Assembly: GCA_036479435.1 (NCBI GenBank)
Contig: JAZGFI010000286.1
Location: 1 to 17,743, forward strand
DNA: 17,743 nucleotides
Reading direction: 5' to 3'
From: Planctomycetota bacterium
GTDB lineage: Bacteria > Planctomycetota > GCA-002687715 > DRQF01
The position numbers were made by a program, and so were the translations under genes. Under the pieces are notes generated by a model. It saw only the letters and a list, made by a program, of their open reading frames with translations. It was not told where the DNA came from and searched no databases. Below, piece after piece: positions 7,097-15,737 of this stretch (its first letter is position 1; each line of letters begins with the position of its first letter).

Positions 7097-7972
7097 TCAT
7101 TGAGAGGCCCTCGCGGTGCCGTCGACGACGATCCCGCAGGCGCAAAGCCCAGCAACGAGGTTATTGACGGCTTGCAGGCTTAGGTTGGTGCCGCCGATCG
7201 AAATCATCGGAAGCGGCGCATCCTCCATTCGTTCTTGGTGCATTTCGAGTTCAACAGAGATTTCCCATTCGTCGATGACATCTCGACCGACTACAAAGCT
7301 GGGCCTGAATCGATGCGCCTCGCCAAACTTCGCGTCGATCGCCTCATCGTCCCAATCTTCACCAGATGTGAGATCAACAAACTCGGCAAAGGCCACTTGG
7401 TGACTTGTAAACACCGCGGCAATGCCAGGATCTACGTGCGACGAGAAGTGAGGGCCGCCAACTGGGGCCTTGTGAGCTTCAGCCTCGAAGCCTTCCGGCA
7501 AAACATCGCCGATCGCGCGGCCTTCCGACAGGTACTCATCGAGATCGAAGGGATCGGACGAGCTTAAGTCCAAGTTGCAAGCGCGACAGGCTTGGAAAAG
7601 GGCGCGCGCATCGTCGAGAGAGAAGAGGGGATAGGCGAAATCGGGATTGTCGGGGTTCACAAGCTCGATGAAGACTTCCGGGCTCCGCGGCTTGTCGCCG
7701 GATTTGCTCTCCCGATCCCACAAGTGCAGCGCCGCGCGGTTCCCGTTCGGCAGGCGGAAGCAGACGCGCGACTTCGCCAGGCGGTCAAGTGCCTCGTCGA
7801 AAAACCGTTCCTCGGCCTCGAGGGTCTCGAATTCATGACCGCCTGAGACGCTATTGAGATGGCGGCTCGCCTCCGCGTGAGTGCGGAATGCGGCGCTCAA
7901 GCCCTCGTCTTGAGGATTTTCGAAGCAGGACAGGGTCTCGGAGCCTTTCGGCTCGGGGCTGACAGGTGTCAT
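7097..7972 (-). CDS. Acidic hypothetical protein (291 aa)
   Basis: AAGGA 6 nt before the ATG; long ORF co-oriented downstream of the RHH gene; no recognised family. Confidence 0.75.
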   Translation of the reverse strand: MTPVSPEPKGSETLSCFENPQDEGLSAAFRTHAEASRHLNSVSGGHEFETLEAEERFFDEALDRLAKSRVCFRLPNGNRAALHLWDRESKSGDKPRSPEVFIELVNPDNPDFAYPLFSLDDARALFQACRACNLDLSSSDPFDLDEYLSEGRAIGDVLPEGFEAEAHKAPVGGPHFSSHVDPGIAAVFTSHQVAFAEFVDLTSGEDWDDEAIDAKFGEAHRFRPSFVVGRDVIDEWEISVELEMHQERMEDAPLPMISIGGTNLSLQAVNNLVAGLCACGIVVDGTARASQ

Positions 7973-8046
7973 AATGATTCCTTACTTGTTGCGGCTCCGA
8001 GCGACTTCTTTGCGGGGGAAGCTCGGGGCCGTGACTTTTTCGCTCG

Positions 8047-8286
8047 TTACCGGGAGCGAAGCCGTGCGGTGAACTCTCGCCGCAATTCATCTTCTGACGT
8101 AATTTGTCGCAAATCCTTCGGAGCCTTTGCCAGCGCCGCGAGGAAGGCCCTCACGACGGCCGAGCGGTTCAACGCCGTCCCGGTCTCTGTCCGCACGTTC
8201 GCTCGAAAGCCGTCAAGGCTCCCGACATTCTCATTCCTCAAGAGGAAGACTATGCGGCTCGTTGTGTTCTCTGGCTCTTTGGGCAC
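8047..8286 (-). CDS. Ribbon-helix-helix (CopG/Arc-like) regulator
   Basis: beta-strand RIVFLL, helix, then NRSAVVRAFL helix 2; GGAG RBS 9 nt before GTG; good promoter upstream. Confidence 0.65.
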   Translation of the reverse strand: MPKEPENTTSRIVFLLRNENVGSLDGFRANVRTETGTALNRSAVVRAFLAALAKAPKDLRQITSEDELRREFTARLRSR

Positions 8287-8328
8287 GGTGGCCGTCTCCG
8301 ATCTAACTTGGCAAGTCGTGTCAGTGAA

Positions 8329-8357
8329 ACTATCGACGCCACGAGCGAAGCCGTCAA
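8329..8357 (-). promoter_or_regulatory. sigma70 promoter for the RHH/hypothetical operon
   Basis: TTGACG (8357-8352), 17 nt, GATAGT (8334-8329). Confidence 0.65.
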
Positions 8358-8490
8358 GACGAGTTTCTAAAATTTCAAACTTGTTCGCTGTTTGTGGGGG
8401 ACGCGGGCGGTAGGATTCGGGCAGTTCGCCACTGGCACCCCATCCGCCAGGGCCACGCGAACGACCTCTTCCAGAAAAACATGCTATTCA

Positions 8491-8530
8491 AGCCGCCCGC
8501 GTAGTCGAATCCGCGAGCGGCTCTTTTTTT
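8491..8530 (+). terminator. Intrinsic terminator
   Basis: AGCCGCCCGCG/CGCGAGCGGCT stem (one mismatch) followed by CTTTTTTT. Confidence 0.65.
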
Positions 8531-8794
8531 CAAAGTTTTTATTCGCCCTGATCCAAGTGGGAACTTCTGGAAAGTTCCGGGGAATACCGGGGATTTTCGG
8601 TGAATTCGGTTGCATTTTGAGAGCGCCGCTGCGCCGACGGCGACTTGACAATGTCAAAACTGCCCGTGACAGCGGGGGCTCTGTCCTTTGGGGCGCTTAC
8701 CATGCAGGGTAGCCAAGGCAGTGCTTTGGCCTGGCTCCGATTCGACATCGAGGCCATCTGGTAGAGGATTGAATTATTTGGCCTGAATCAGTCC

Positions 8795-8830
8795 AAAAAA
8801 AAGGCCGAGGGTAGCAGCCCTCGGCCTTTT
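8795..8830 (-). terminator. Intrinsic terminator, strongest on the minus strand (U8), possibly bidirectional
   Basis: AAAAAAAA-GGCCGAGGG-TAGCAG-CCCTCGGCC-TTTT. Confidence 0.8.
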
Positions 8831-8970
8831 GAGATCCTCAGAACTTGTTCAGTCTGCGAGACTAACTTCGAGGAATTTGTTTTGTTCCGTCACTCTCAAC
8901 CACTTTCACCGAATCGCACAAATGAAAGAAGTGCGAGAAGTGCCTCGTGGTGTCATACGAGCGACACGTC

Positions 8971-9012
8971 CGCATCATATAGGCAGGAAACCACACCCTG
9001 CTATATTATGCG
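8971..9012. promoter_or_regulatory. Inverted repeat containing an extended -10 (TGcTATATT, 8999-9007), probable promoter/operator of the replication operon
   Basis: CGCATCATATAGGCAGG ... CCTGCTATATTATGCG, about 100 nt upstream of rep. Confidence 0.5.
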
Positions 9013-9109
9013 ACAACTTTTGCGGACAAAGCAGCTCAGAGCGTAAAGCTCTAATCGCTCGAATTAGTCATCGCAGGCCAGCTTCTAAGCCCCTTTGGGG
9101 TCTTGAGGA

Positions 9110-10882
9110 ATGGCTCAAATGCACGCGGAAAAAAAGTCGAACGAGGCCGCCACTAAGGCCCACAAATCCCGCAAATCCCGCAAATCTCCCCCGGATAAGA
9201 CCTCAAAAAATGTTCATTTTGTTGCCGGTGGCGATCCGAAAAATCGGAAGCCGGGAGGCTCTGGGGAGGGCCTTACCGAGTCAAATCGGGGCGCGGGCGG
9301 CGTCCCTGAAGGGGCCGGAAACCAGCAGGGAACCCTCTCGGACTTCCGAGCGCCGATGAACGGCGAAGTCCTTTTGGAGCGAGCCGTAAAGGGCGTTGCC
9401 AAAAGGTTCCCCAACGTATCCCACTCGACAGCCGCGGTCCTGGCGAACGCTATCGTTCGACGATCCCGGCAACACAGAGACCAAAACTACGCGCCTGGCA
9501 CCATTGATTCGATCGAGACGCTCGCCACTGAAGCCGATCTAACGCCCGGAACCGTCAGGCGAACGATCCCGGCATTGGTCGCTGCAGGGTTTCAACGGTT
9601 CGAAGTGCCATACGACCTTGTCCCGAGGCAGGGCGGCGAGAAAACCAGCAGGCCGAAGCGCCGAGCGCTCTTTGTTCCGCCTCAAATCGCGACGGTGACC
9701 CGCCCAGACGGTTCGCAGTTCAAGCGCCTCGTGTCACCCAACATCCACGCCGAAGCCTCTTACCGGGTTCTCAATCCGAGCCGGAGCAACAAGGCGGTCC
9801 GAAAGCCTGGCGACTATCTGGACTTTCCGACAGCCCGCCTCACTCCAACGATCCCGAAGGCCGCGCGAGACTTTGAACGGCCCATTAATGAGCCTTTCAA
9901 ACCTTCGAAATCGGACTTTGAAAGGCCCAGGAATGGGCCGGATGTATTAGAAGAGGATTCAAAGGCATTGAGAGGACTTGCGGAGCCATCCGGCTCCCCG
10001 CTCTCGGCTGAAGCCTCGACCACTCCTCAGCCTTGCGGCAAAGAAGGGGAGGCAGCGGACGCCAGTGCAAGCAGCGAGGGAAAAAGCTTTCGAGTCAAAG
10101 CAAAGCCCGCCGCTGGCGCGACCGAGATGCCGCGGCTCGCCGAAAAACCCGCCAAATCGCCGCCAAGCAGGCCCAGGTCGTCCGCTGCAAAGGCGAAAGG
10201 CGAGTCTCCGAGGGATTCGATTCAATCCGGTTCGAAAGCCGTGGCGGGGCGCTCAGGGGCTCAGAAGCGAAGCGGTAAAAAGCGGGGCAAGCTGAAGACG
10301 CCAGCCGATCCGAGGGCGAAAGCACCCAATTGCAACACATTCCTAACGGCGTTCGTTGACCAGCGCCGCCGACTAAGGCCGGATCTTCCCGAAATCACGC
10401 CTCTCGGAAACGCCAAGGACCGAGGCCAAGCCAAACTATTGCTCGAAGGTTGCGGCGGCTGGAAAGGGCTCATTGATCTCGCGAGCCACTTCGGGGTCGA
10501 TTCGTGGGAGGCCGTGGACGAGTTCTTGGCGATCATCGAAGACCCGAGCGGGTGCGACTGGAAGACAGGGAAAGCCGTGGCGGCGATCCGAGATGCGGGC
10601 TATCCGGTCGAGACGATTCAATCCGAAGGAAACCGCCGCACCTTGCTCGTTGCTGTTCAAGCTCGACTGGCCGAAAGGAAGCGCCGCAAAGACGAATCCG
10701 ACAAGATTAACCGCGAAATGCGCGAGGCCGATGAGCGGGCGGCGACGTTCCAGCCCGAGGAAAGTCGGCATTCAGACGCCGAAATTGACGAGGTTGTGGC
10801 CCGGCTTAATGCGAAGCACTCGCGCTCGACGGAAACAGTGACCGACCTCTATCTCCGGCAGGAAGCGGGGGCGGTCGCATGA
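9110..10882 (+). CDS. Putative replication initiator (N-terminal winged HTH, long low-complexity linker, C-terminal helical domain)
   Basis: HTH SIETLATEADLTPGTVRRTIPALVAAGF; first gene of the operon, coupled by ATGA to DnaB; internal iteron-like repeats. Start may be ATG 9119 (better GAGGA spacing). Confidence 0.7.
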   Translation: MAQMHAEKKSNEAATKAHKSRKSRKSPPDKTSKNVHFVAGGDPKNRKPGGSGEGLTESNRGAGGVPEGAGNQQGTLSDFRAPMNGEVLLERAVKGVAKRFPNVSHSTAAVLANAIVRRSRQHRDQNYAPGTIDSIETLATEADLTPGTVRRTIPALVAAGFQRFEVPYDLVPRQGGEKTSRPKRRALFVPPQIATVTRPDGSQFKRLVSPNIHAEASYRVLNPSRSNKAVRKPGDYLDFPTARLTPTIPKAARDFERPINEPFKPSKSDFERPRNGPDVLEEDSKALRGLAEPSGSPLSAEASTTPQPCGKEGEAADASASSEGKSFRVKAKPAAGATEMPRLAEKPAKSPPSRPRSSAAKAKGESPRDSIQSGSKAVAGRSGAQKRSGKKRGKLKTPADPRAKAPNCNTFLTAFVDQRRRLRPDLPEITPLGNAKDRGQAKLLLEGCGGWKGLIDLASHFGVDSWEAVDEFLAIIEDPSGCDWKTGKAVAAIRDAGYPVETIQSEGNRRTLLVAVQARLAERKRRKDESDKINREMREADERAATFQPEESRHSDAEIDEVVARLNAKHSRSTETVTDLYLRQEAGAVA

Positions 10883-12255
10883 TCGTTAAGCCCGCCAAGC
10901 TATCCGAGGAAGCTCGAAAGAAAGAAATAGCAGAACTAGCGGTGATCGGGAGAGCTTTCAATAATGGATCGTTTTTCCATTCCGAGACAACAATAAGAGC
11001 CGCGGCGTTTGAGACTCCAATCCGTCGGCAGATGTGGCAAGTCCTCTCGCGCATTCGTGCAAATGGCGAAGCGCCGACCGTGGCGAACGTTGTTGATGGA
11101 GTGAACGCGGACCCGAAGGACGTTGAGCGAGAACTATCGAGGTGCCAAGAGTTCGCGCACCTCACCGACGCTGAGGCCGTTGGCTTGATGCGCGCAGCGA
11201 GTGACGATCAGGCCGCGGCGTCGTTCGCCTCGATCGCGGCTCGCATTGCGAGCGAGCCAGGCCAAAAGAACCGACTTGACCTGATACACCAGGCCTTGTC
11301 GGACACGATCGCCGCTCAGCAGATCGACTCCGCTCCTGATTTCTTTGGGGCGTTCGCTGGCGAAGCCGTTAGGCAGTTGCTCGACCCAAAAGCCCGCGAA
11401 TTTCGACGACCAACGGGGCACGAGGCTTACGATCGACTAACTGCGGGAAGTGGCAACGCCGGCGGCGGGATTCTTCCGGGGACAATGGTCACGGTTGCAG
11501 GCCGACCAGGTCGAGGAAAATCCACCTTCGCTTTCGATGTTGCGAGATGCGCGGCCAAGACCGGGTGGCGACCTCTTATCGTCACTCTCGAAGTGCCACG
11601 GCACCGACTGATTCAAAACGTCCTGGCGGCTGAAGTCGGGTTCGACAAGCGGATATCGAAAGACAAGTTTGCCAGGCTTCCAGCTCACGCAACATTTGAG
11701 GAACTTGAAGCTGCGTCAGGATGTCTCGAAAGCCTTGCTATTCAGCAGCCCAAGAATCGTCAGATAGGGTCGATCCTGGCGACGGCGGAAACCTTTATTG
11801 CCGCCCACGGCTCCGATTTGGTCATGATCGACTATCTGGGAAAACTCCAGGGCGACGACCGAAAGCAAACGCGAGAAAACTACGCGGTATTTTGTCGGGA
11901 GATCCAAGCCTTTGCGATGCACTCGGGCGTCCCAGTAATGGTGATGGCTCAAGTGAATCGAAAGGTAGAAAGCGAAAGCGGTGATGGCGATGAGCGCCAG
12001 GCGCGTATGTCCGACTTGAACGAGTCGGCAGCCCTTGAGCATGATTCCGACGAGATTATTTTTCTGCGACGCATGTGCAAGCCGGATTGGCGGATATTGC
12101 CGGGAGATCCGGAGAACTTCGCCAAACGCCTCGTATGCCGAACAGAATTGAATCTGGCAAAGTCGCGCGACGGCGAAACGCGGGTTACTGAGGCTGATTT
12201 CGACATGAGTCGCGGGATCTTTATCGACGCACCAAGATCAGGAGCGGAAGAATGA
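10879..12255 (+). CDS. dnaB: DnaB-like replicative helicase (SF4)
   Basis: Walker A AGRPGRGKS, TLEV, Walker B MIDYLG, AQVNR, SDLNESAALEHDSD and LAKSRDG; N-terminal DnaB-like domain. Confidence 0.92.
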   Translation: MIVKPAKLSEEARKKEIAELAVIGRAFNNGSFFHSETTIRAAAFETPIRRQMWQVLSRIRANGEAPTVANVVDGVNADPKDVERELSRCQEFAHLTDAEAVGLMRAASDDQAAASFASIAARIASEPGQKNRLDLIHQALSDTIAAQQIDSAPDFFGAFAGEAVRQLLDPKAREFRRPTGHEAYDRLTAGSGNAGGGILPGTMVTVAGRPGRGKSTFAFDVARCAAKTGWRPLIVTLEVPRHRLIQNVLAAEVGFDKRISKDKFARLPAHATFEELEAASGCLESLAIQQPKNRQIGSILATAETFIAAHGSDLVMIDYLGKLQGDDRKQTRENYAVFCREIQAFAMHSGVPVMVMAQVNRKVESESGDGDERQARMSDLNESAALEHDSDEIIFLRRMCKPDWRILPGDPENFAKRLVCRTELNLAKSRDGETRVTEADFDMSRGIFIDAPRSGAEE

Positions 12256-13439
12256 GCCGAATTGCCGACGCCGTTGTTGATGCCGTTAGATGCCGGGCGG
12301 ACATGGTTTTGGTTGCAGAGTCGATCGGGCTCGTTGTCAAGAAAAGAGGCGGCGCGTTGTCGTTTACGACGTTGCGAAGCGAGGCCGACCCGTCAACGGC
12401 TCTTTATCCAGCCGGTTATGGCGACCGAAGCGATCCGCATTGGTTTGACTACGGCGAAAGAGTCGGCGGCGATGCCTTTGCGCTCGTTATGGCGGTGCAG
12501 GGTTGCAGTTTCCGCGAGTCCGTGGCGCACGTTGCAGGTGTGATCGGGTACGACATCGGCGACGTTGGCTCCGTGGAAGCCTTAAAGATGGCTCCGGCTC
12601 CGCCTAAGCCAAAAGCCCCCGAGCCGATGGCCGACGGCATCCAGGAACACACCTTTGATATTTTCTGCCGCGCCGTTCGACACGTTGTTCCAGAAGCCGC
12701 GGCTCAAGGCGCAAACCATTTGAGAAAGCGAGGCGTGATCGAATCAATCGCGGCGCGGTCTTGCTTGATTGTTCCGGCGGCGGCCTGGACTGAAATCGGC
12801 GAAGTCGCCAAGCGAGAGATCAAAGACCCGAGATGGCTCGAAGAGGCTGGCGTCTTGAGAGAAGACCAATACGGACGAGGGTTGCAGCCTTCGTGGCATG
12901 ACAACCGGGCGCTTTATCTCGCCTTGTCGCTAAATGGAGGGGGCGTTTTAACTCTCACGGCTCGGGCTCTTGCCGATGACGCGAGGTCGAAATATCTCGC
13001 GGTGGGTGGCGACAAGTGTCGATCCGTCAGGGCTCCGTTCAATTTGCCGGACCTCGAAGAGGCCAAGAAAACCGGCCAGCGGCTTTTGATTGTTGAAGGC
13101 CCAGCCGACGCCTACTCGGCGCGGTCTCTTGGGCTCCTGGCTATTGCGACAGGCTCGCGACCTCACGCCAAGGACAAGGACGACGATGTTGGGGCCGTTC
13201 CGAGAATGCTCAAACCGTATATCGAGGACTTCAAACAATGCAGCCAGGTTCTCGTGGCTCCCGACAACGACAAAGGCTTGATGAAAAGCGCACAGGGCAG
13301 CGCCTCATCGGTTGGCCTCGTTCGCTGGCTCAAAGAGCAATCAGTTTGGGCCAGCGTTGCCACGCTTCCGGATCTCAGAATTAGTGCCAACGACCTCGCC
13401 GAAGCCGCAGAAGCGAAACTAAGAGGGCAAGCAAGATGA
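12252..13439 (+). CDS. DnaG-like TOPRIM primase
   Basis: TOPRIM IVEGPADA and PDND, SKYL motif, NDLAE C-terminus; N-terminal zinc-binding-domain-like segment WFDYG..VGGDAFALVMAVQGCSFRESV. Confidence 0.88.
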   Translation: MSRIADAVVDAVRCRADMVLVAESIGLVVKKRGGALSFTTLRSEADPSTALYPAGYGDRSDPHWFDYGERVGGDAFALVMAVQGCSFRESVAHVAGVIGYDIGDVGSVEALKMAPAPPKPKAPEPMADGIQEHTFDIFCRAVRHVVPEAAAQGANHLRKRGVIESIAARSCLIVPAAAWTEIGEVAKREIKDPRWLEEAGVLREDQYGRGLQPSWHDNRALYLALSLNGGGVLTLTARALADDARSKYLAVGGDKCRSVRAPFNLPDLEEAKKTGQRLLIVEGPADAYSARSLGLLAIATGSRPHAKDKDDDVGAVPRMLKPYIEDFKQCSQVLVAPDNDKGLMKSAQGSASSVGLVRWLKEQSVWASVATLPDLRISANDLAEAAEAKLRGQAR

Positions 13440-15070
13440 CGACAGCGACTAAGGTTCTCCGCTCTCACCAGGCCGAAGGGATCGACGAGGCTCGCGAACT
13501 CTTCCGCGAAGGGAAGAAGGCGGTACTCGTCGAGAGAGCCACAGGCGCAGGTAAAACGGTCTTGGCGGCTGAAATCTTCCGGCTCGCCTATCCTCGGCCT
13601 TGCTTGTTCGTTGCGCCTCGTCGGGTTCTTGTGCGCCAAACTGAGAAGGCTATCCGGTCCTGGCTCGATGACGCGGAGCCGGTGGCCGTTGAGATGGCCG
13701 AACAGCACGGCCTAAGCGAAGCTGACGGCAAGGGGCCGCGAATCACGGTGGCCTCAATCCAAAGCCTGGCGCGGCGGATCGAGGAAGGCACGATCGACCC
13801 CGAGCGATTTGCCGGCGGCGTTGTCGTCGTCGATGAGGTTCACGCTATCGCCCTGGCCGAACGCTATCGCCCGGTGATCCTCGCTCTCCGGGACGCTGGC
13901 GCTCGGCTCATTGGCCTAACGGCGACCCCAAGCCGCAAAGACGATGGTCTCGAAGAGGTGTTTGACGGAGCCGTTGAGCCGGTCACGGTTGCCGATGCGA
14001 TCAAGGCCGGTTGGCTTGTGAAGCCGAAGCTATTCCTTCGCAGGCTCGACGCTGACCTTGGCAACGTCAAACGATCTCACGGCGACTTCGTTGAATCAGA
14101 GCTGGCGCGCGAGCTATCGACAGAAAAGGCCCTTGCCTCGATTTGCCGACCGATCATCGACCAAATCGACGATCGCCACGGGCTCGTTTTCGCAGCCGGA
14201 GCGGATCATGCCGAGAGTATCGCTCGGGTTCTTTGCACGATGAGCGGTGAGCCCGGCTTTGCGCGACCGATCTCGTACCGGACCAAAGAACGCGATCGGG
14301 TGGCGCTTGTCGAGGGCCTCGAAAACCGGCGATATCGACTCTTGGTCAACCCTTCGCTGTTGTCTGAGGGTTTCGATCTCCCGGCCATCAGCTTTATCGC
14401 CAACGCAAGGCCAACAAGCTCACGGGTCCGCCATGTTCAGGCCGTTGGCCGCGGCCTCCGTGCTTCGCCTGGCAAAACCGACTGTCTGGTTATCGAGTTC
14501 CACGCCAAAAACCTCCGCCACAAGCTCGCAGGCGCTTGGGATCTCGACGCCTCAGACGGACCCGCCGACCTCGGGGAGTTCATGGCGGAGATTGCGGAGC
14601 GCGAGGCGGACGAAGGCCGGGCGATCGCTCTCGACGACTTGCGAGCCTTGGCGGAGATAGAGCGGGCGGCTTGCCGGGTGGCGATCGTTTACGACCTGGC
14701 GCGTGTCGATCCGCTCGCGGCCATGGGGCTTGATCCGGAGACCTTCCAGGTTCAGGGCAACCTTGTGACCAGGCCAACAGACAAACAGGCCGAGTGCCTC
14801 AAACGCTCGGGAGTCAAGGCGGATCAGATCGCGGGACTATCTCGCCGCTCAGCCTCGAAGATCATTGATGTGATCGTGAAGCGCAGCCAAGAAGGACTAT
14901 CGACGCTCAAGCAAGCGCGGACGCTGACTCGCCACGGGTTCGACGGCAAGTCGGCGACGTTCGATCAAGCGCGGGACGTTTTGGAGCGTATCGGGGGCCT
15001 TGGGTGGCACCTATCGCCGATTCAAGTGACCGAGATTGCCGCTGTTTGCGGCGTGAATGTTCGAAAGTGA
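13436..15070 (+). CDS. Superfamily 2 DExH-box helicase (RadD/YejH/Irc3-like)
   Basis: Q motif LRSHQ, ATGAGKT, VDEVH, GLTATP, LSEGFDLP, QAVGRGLR; C-terminal PTDKQ/STLKQ helical repeats. Confidence 0.92.
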   Translation: MTTATKVLRSHQAEGIDEARELFREGKKAVLVERATGAGKTVLAAEIFRLAYPRPCLFVAPRRVLVRQTEKAIRSWLDDAEPVAVEMAEQHGLSEADGKGPRITVASIQSLARRIEEGTIDPERFAGGVVVVDEVHAIALAERYRPVILALRDAGARLIGLTATPSRKDDGLEEVFDGAVEPVTVADAIKAGWLVKPKLFLRRLDADLGNVKRSHGDFVESELARELSTEKALASICRPIIDQIDDRHGLVFAAGADHAESIARVLCTMSGEPGFARPISYRTKERDRVALVEGLENRRYRLLVNPSLLSEGFDLPAISFIANARPTSSRVRHVQAVGRGLRASPGKTDCLVIEFHAKNLRHKLAGAWDLDASDGPADLGEFMAEIAEREADEGRAIALDDLRALAEIERAACRVAIVYDLARVDPLAAMGLDPETFQVQGNLVTRPTDKQAECLKRSGVKADQIAGLSRRSASKIIDVIVKRSQEGLSTLKQARTLTRHGFDGKSATFDQARDVLERIGGLGWHLSPIQVTEIAAVCGVNVRK

Positions 15071-15083
15071 AAGGGATCTAGGC

Positions 15084-15332
15084 ATGACGAATAGACCTAA
15101 GAAGATTGGGCGACCGACATCGAGAACGCCTGCGCTTATCAACACGATCATGGCGCGAATCACGGGCGGCTCGTCGTATGACAACGCGGCGCGCGAGGCC
15201 GGGGTCAGCCCTACTTCCTTTTGGCAATGGCGGAAGCGAGACCCCGAGTTAGAGGAGATGGCGGCCAAGGCTCGCGTTGGCGCTTGGCAACGGGGGTCCG
15301 CTGAAAGGCGATCGGCACTCTCGGCCTCTTGA
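15084..15332 (+). CDS. Terminase small subunit-like HTH protein (82 aa)
   Basis: GRPTSRTPALINTIMARITGGSSYDNAAREAGVSPTSFWQWRKRDPELEEMAAKAR matches the N-terminal DNA-binding domain pattern of Sf6-gp1-type small terminases (GRP.kyt.e....ic..i..G.sl...c...g.p...tv..W....peF...y..AR). Confidence 0.65.
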   Translation: MTNRPKKIGRPTSRTPALINTIMARITGGSSYDNAAREAGVSPTSFWQWRKRDPELEEMAAKARVGAWQRGSAERRSALSAS

Positions 15333-15361
15333 GAATAGCCGAACACGATGGAGGCAGACTA

Positions 15362-15676
15362 TTGAGACCAACTCGACTTGATTGCGACCTCGGGGCCTAC
15401 GGCCACTTCGTGTTGCTTTCGAACAACTCTGGTGAAAGCTGGGAGGTTCACGATGCGAATGACCCGCGCGAGAAGCCAAGGACATCGACCACGCTAATCG
15501 GAGCGATTGAGCAACTGTCTCTTGCGGCTGATCGTGAAATTGGATTCCACGAAAACTTGGTCGATCTTCGGTGCGCCATTGTCGAGAAGATGGCGGCTAT
15601 CGAGGATTGCGTCTCGTCGATTTCGTTCTCCCTTGAGAGCCAGCGCCGCAGCTATTCCGAGGCGGAACAGTTCTGA
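15362..15676 (+). CDS. Hypothetical protein (~104 aa)
   Basis: GGAGG (15350-15354) 7 nt before TTG 15362; in operon orientation. Confidence 0.6.
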   Translation: MRPTRLDCDLGAYGHFVLLSNNSGESWEVHDANDPREKPRTSTTLIGAIEQLSLAADREIGFHENLVDLRCAIVEKMAAIEDCVSSISFSLESQRRSYSEAEQF

Positions 15677-15737
15677 TACCCTGAATCCGCAATGCTGACC
15701 CCGAGACGATTCGGGGCGCTTTGCTTTGAAAGGGTCC

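Noticed and set aside
9160..9190. 9-bp tandem CCCRCAAAT x3
   Set aside because: Explained as an in-frame low-complexity repeat (HKSRKSRKS) in the Rep N-terminus, although an iteron role is not excluded.
8829..9359. 176-aa ORF overlapping the rep start
   Set aside because: It starts inside a terminator, overlaps rep in another frame, and has Arg/Pro-rich shadow composition.
13436..15070. Type III restriction or defence helicase
   Set aside because: No nuclease domain or methyltransferase partner is visible, and it is coupled to the primase in a replication operon.
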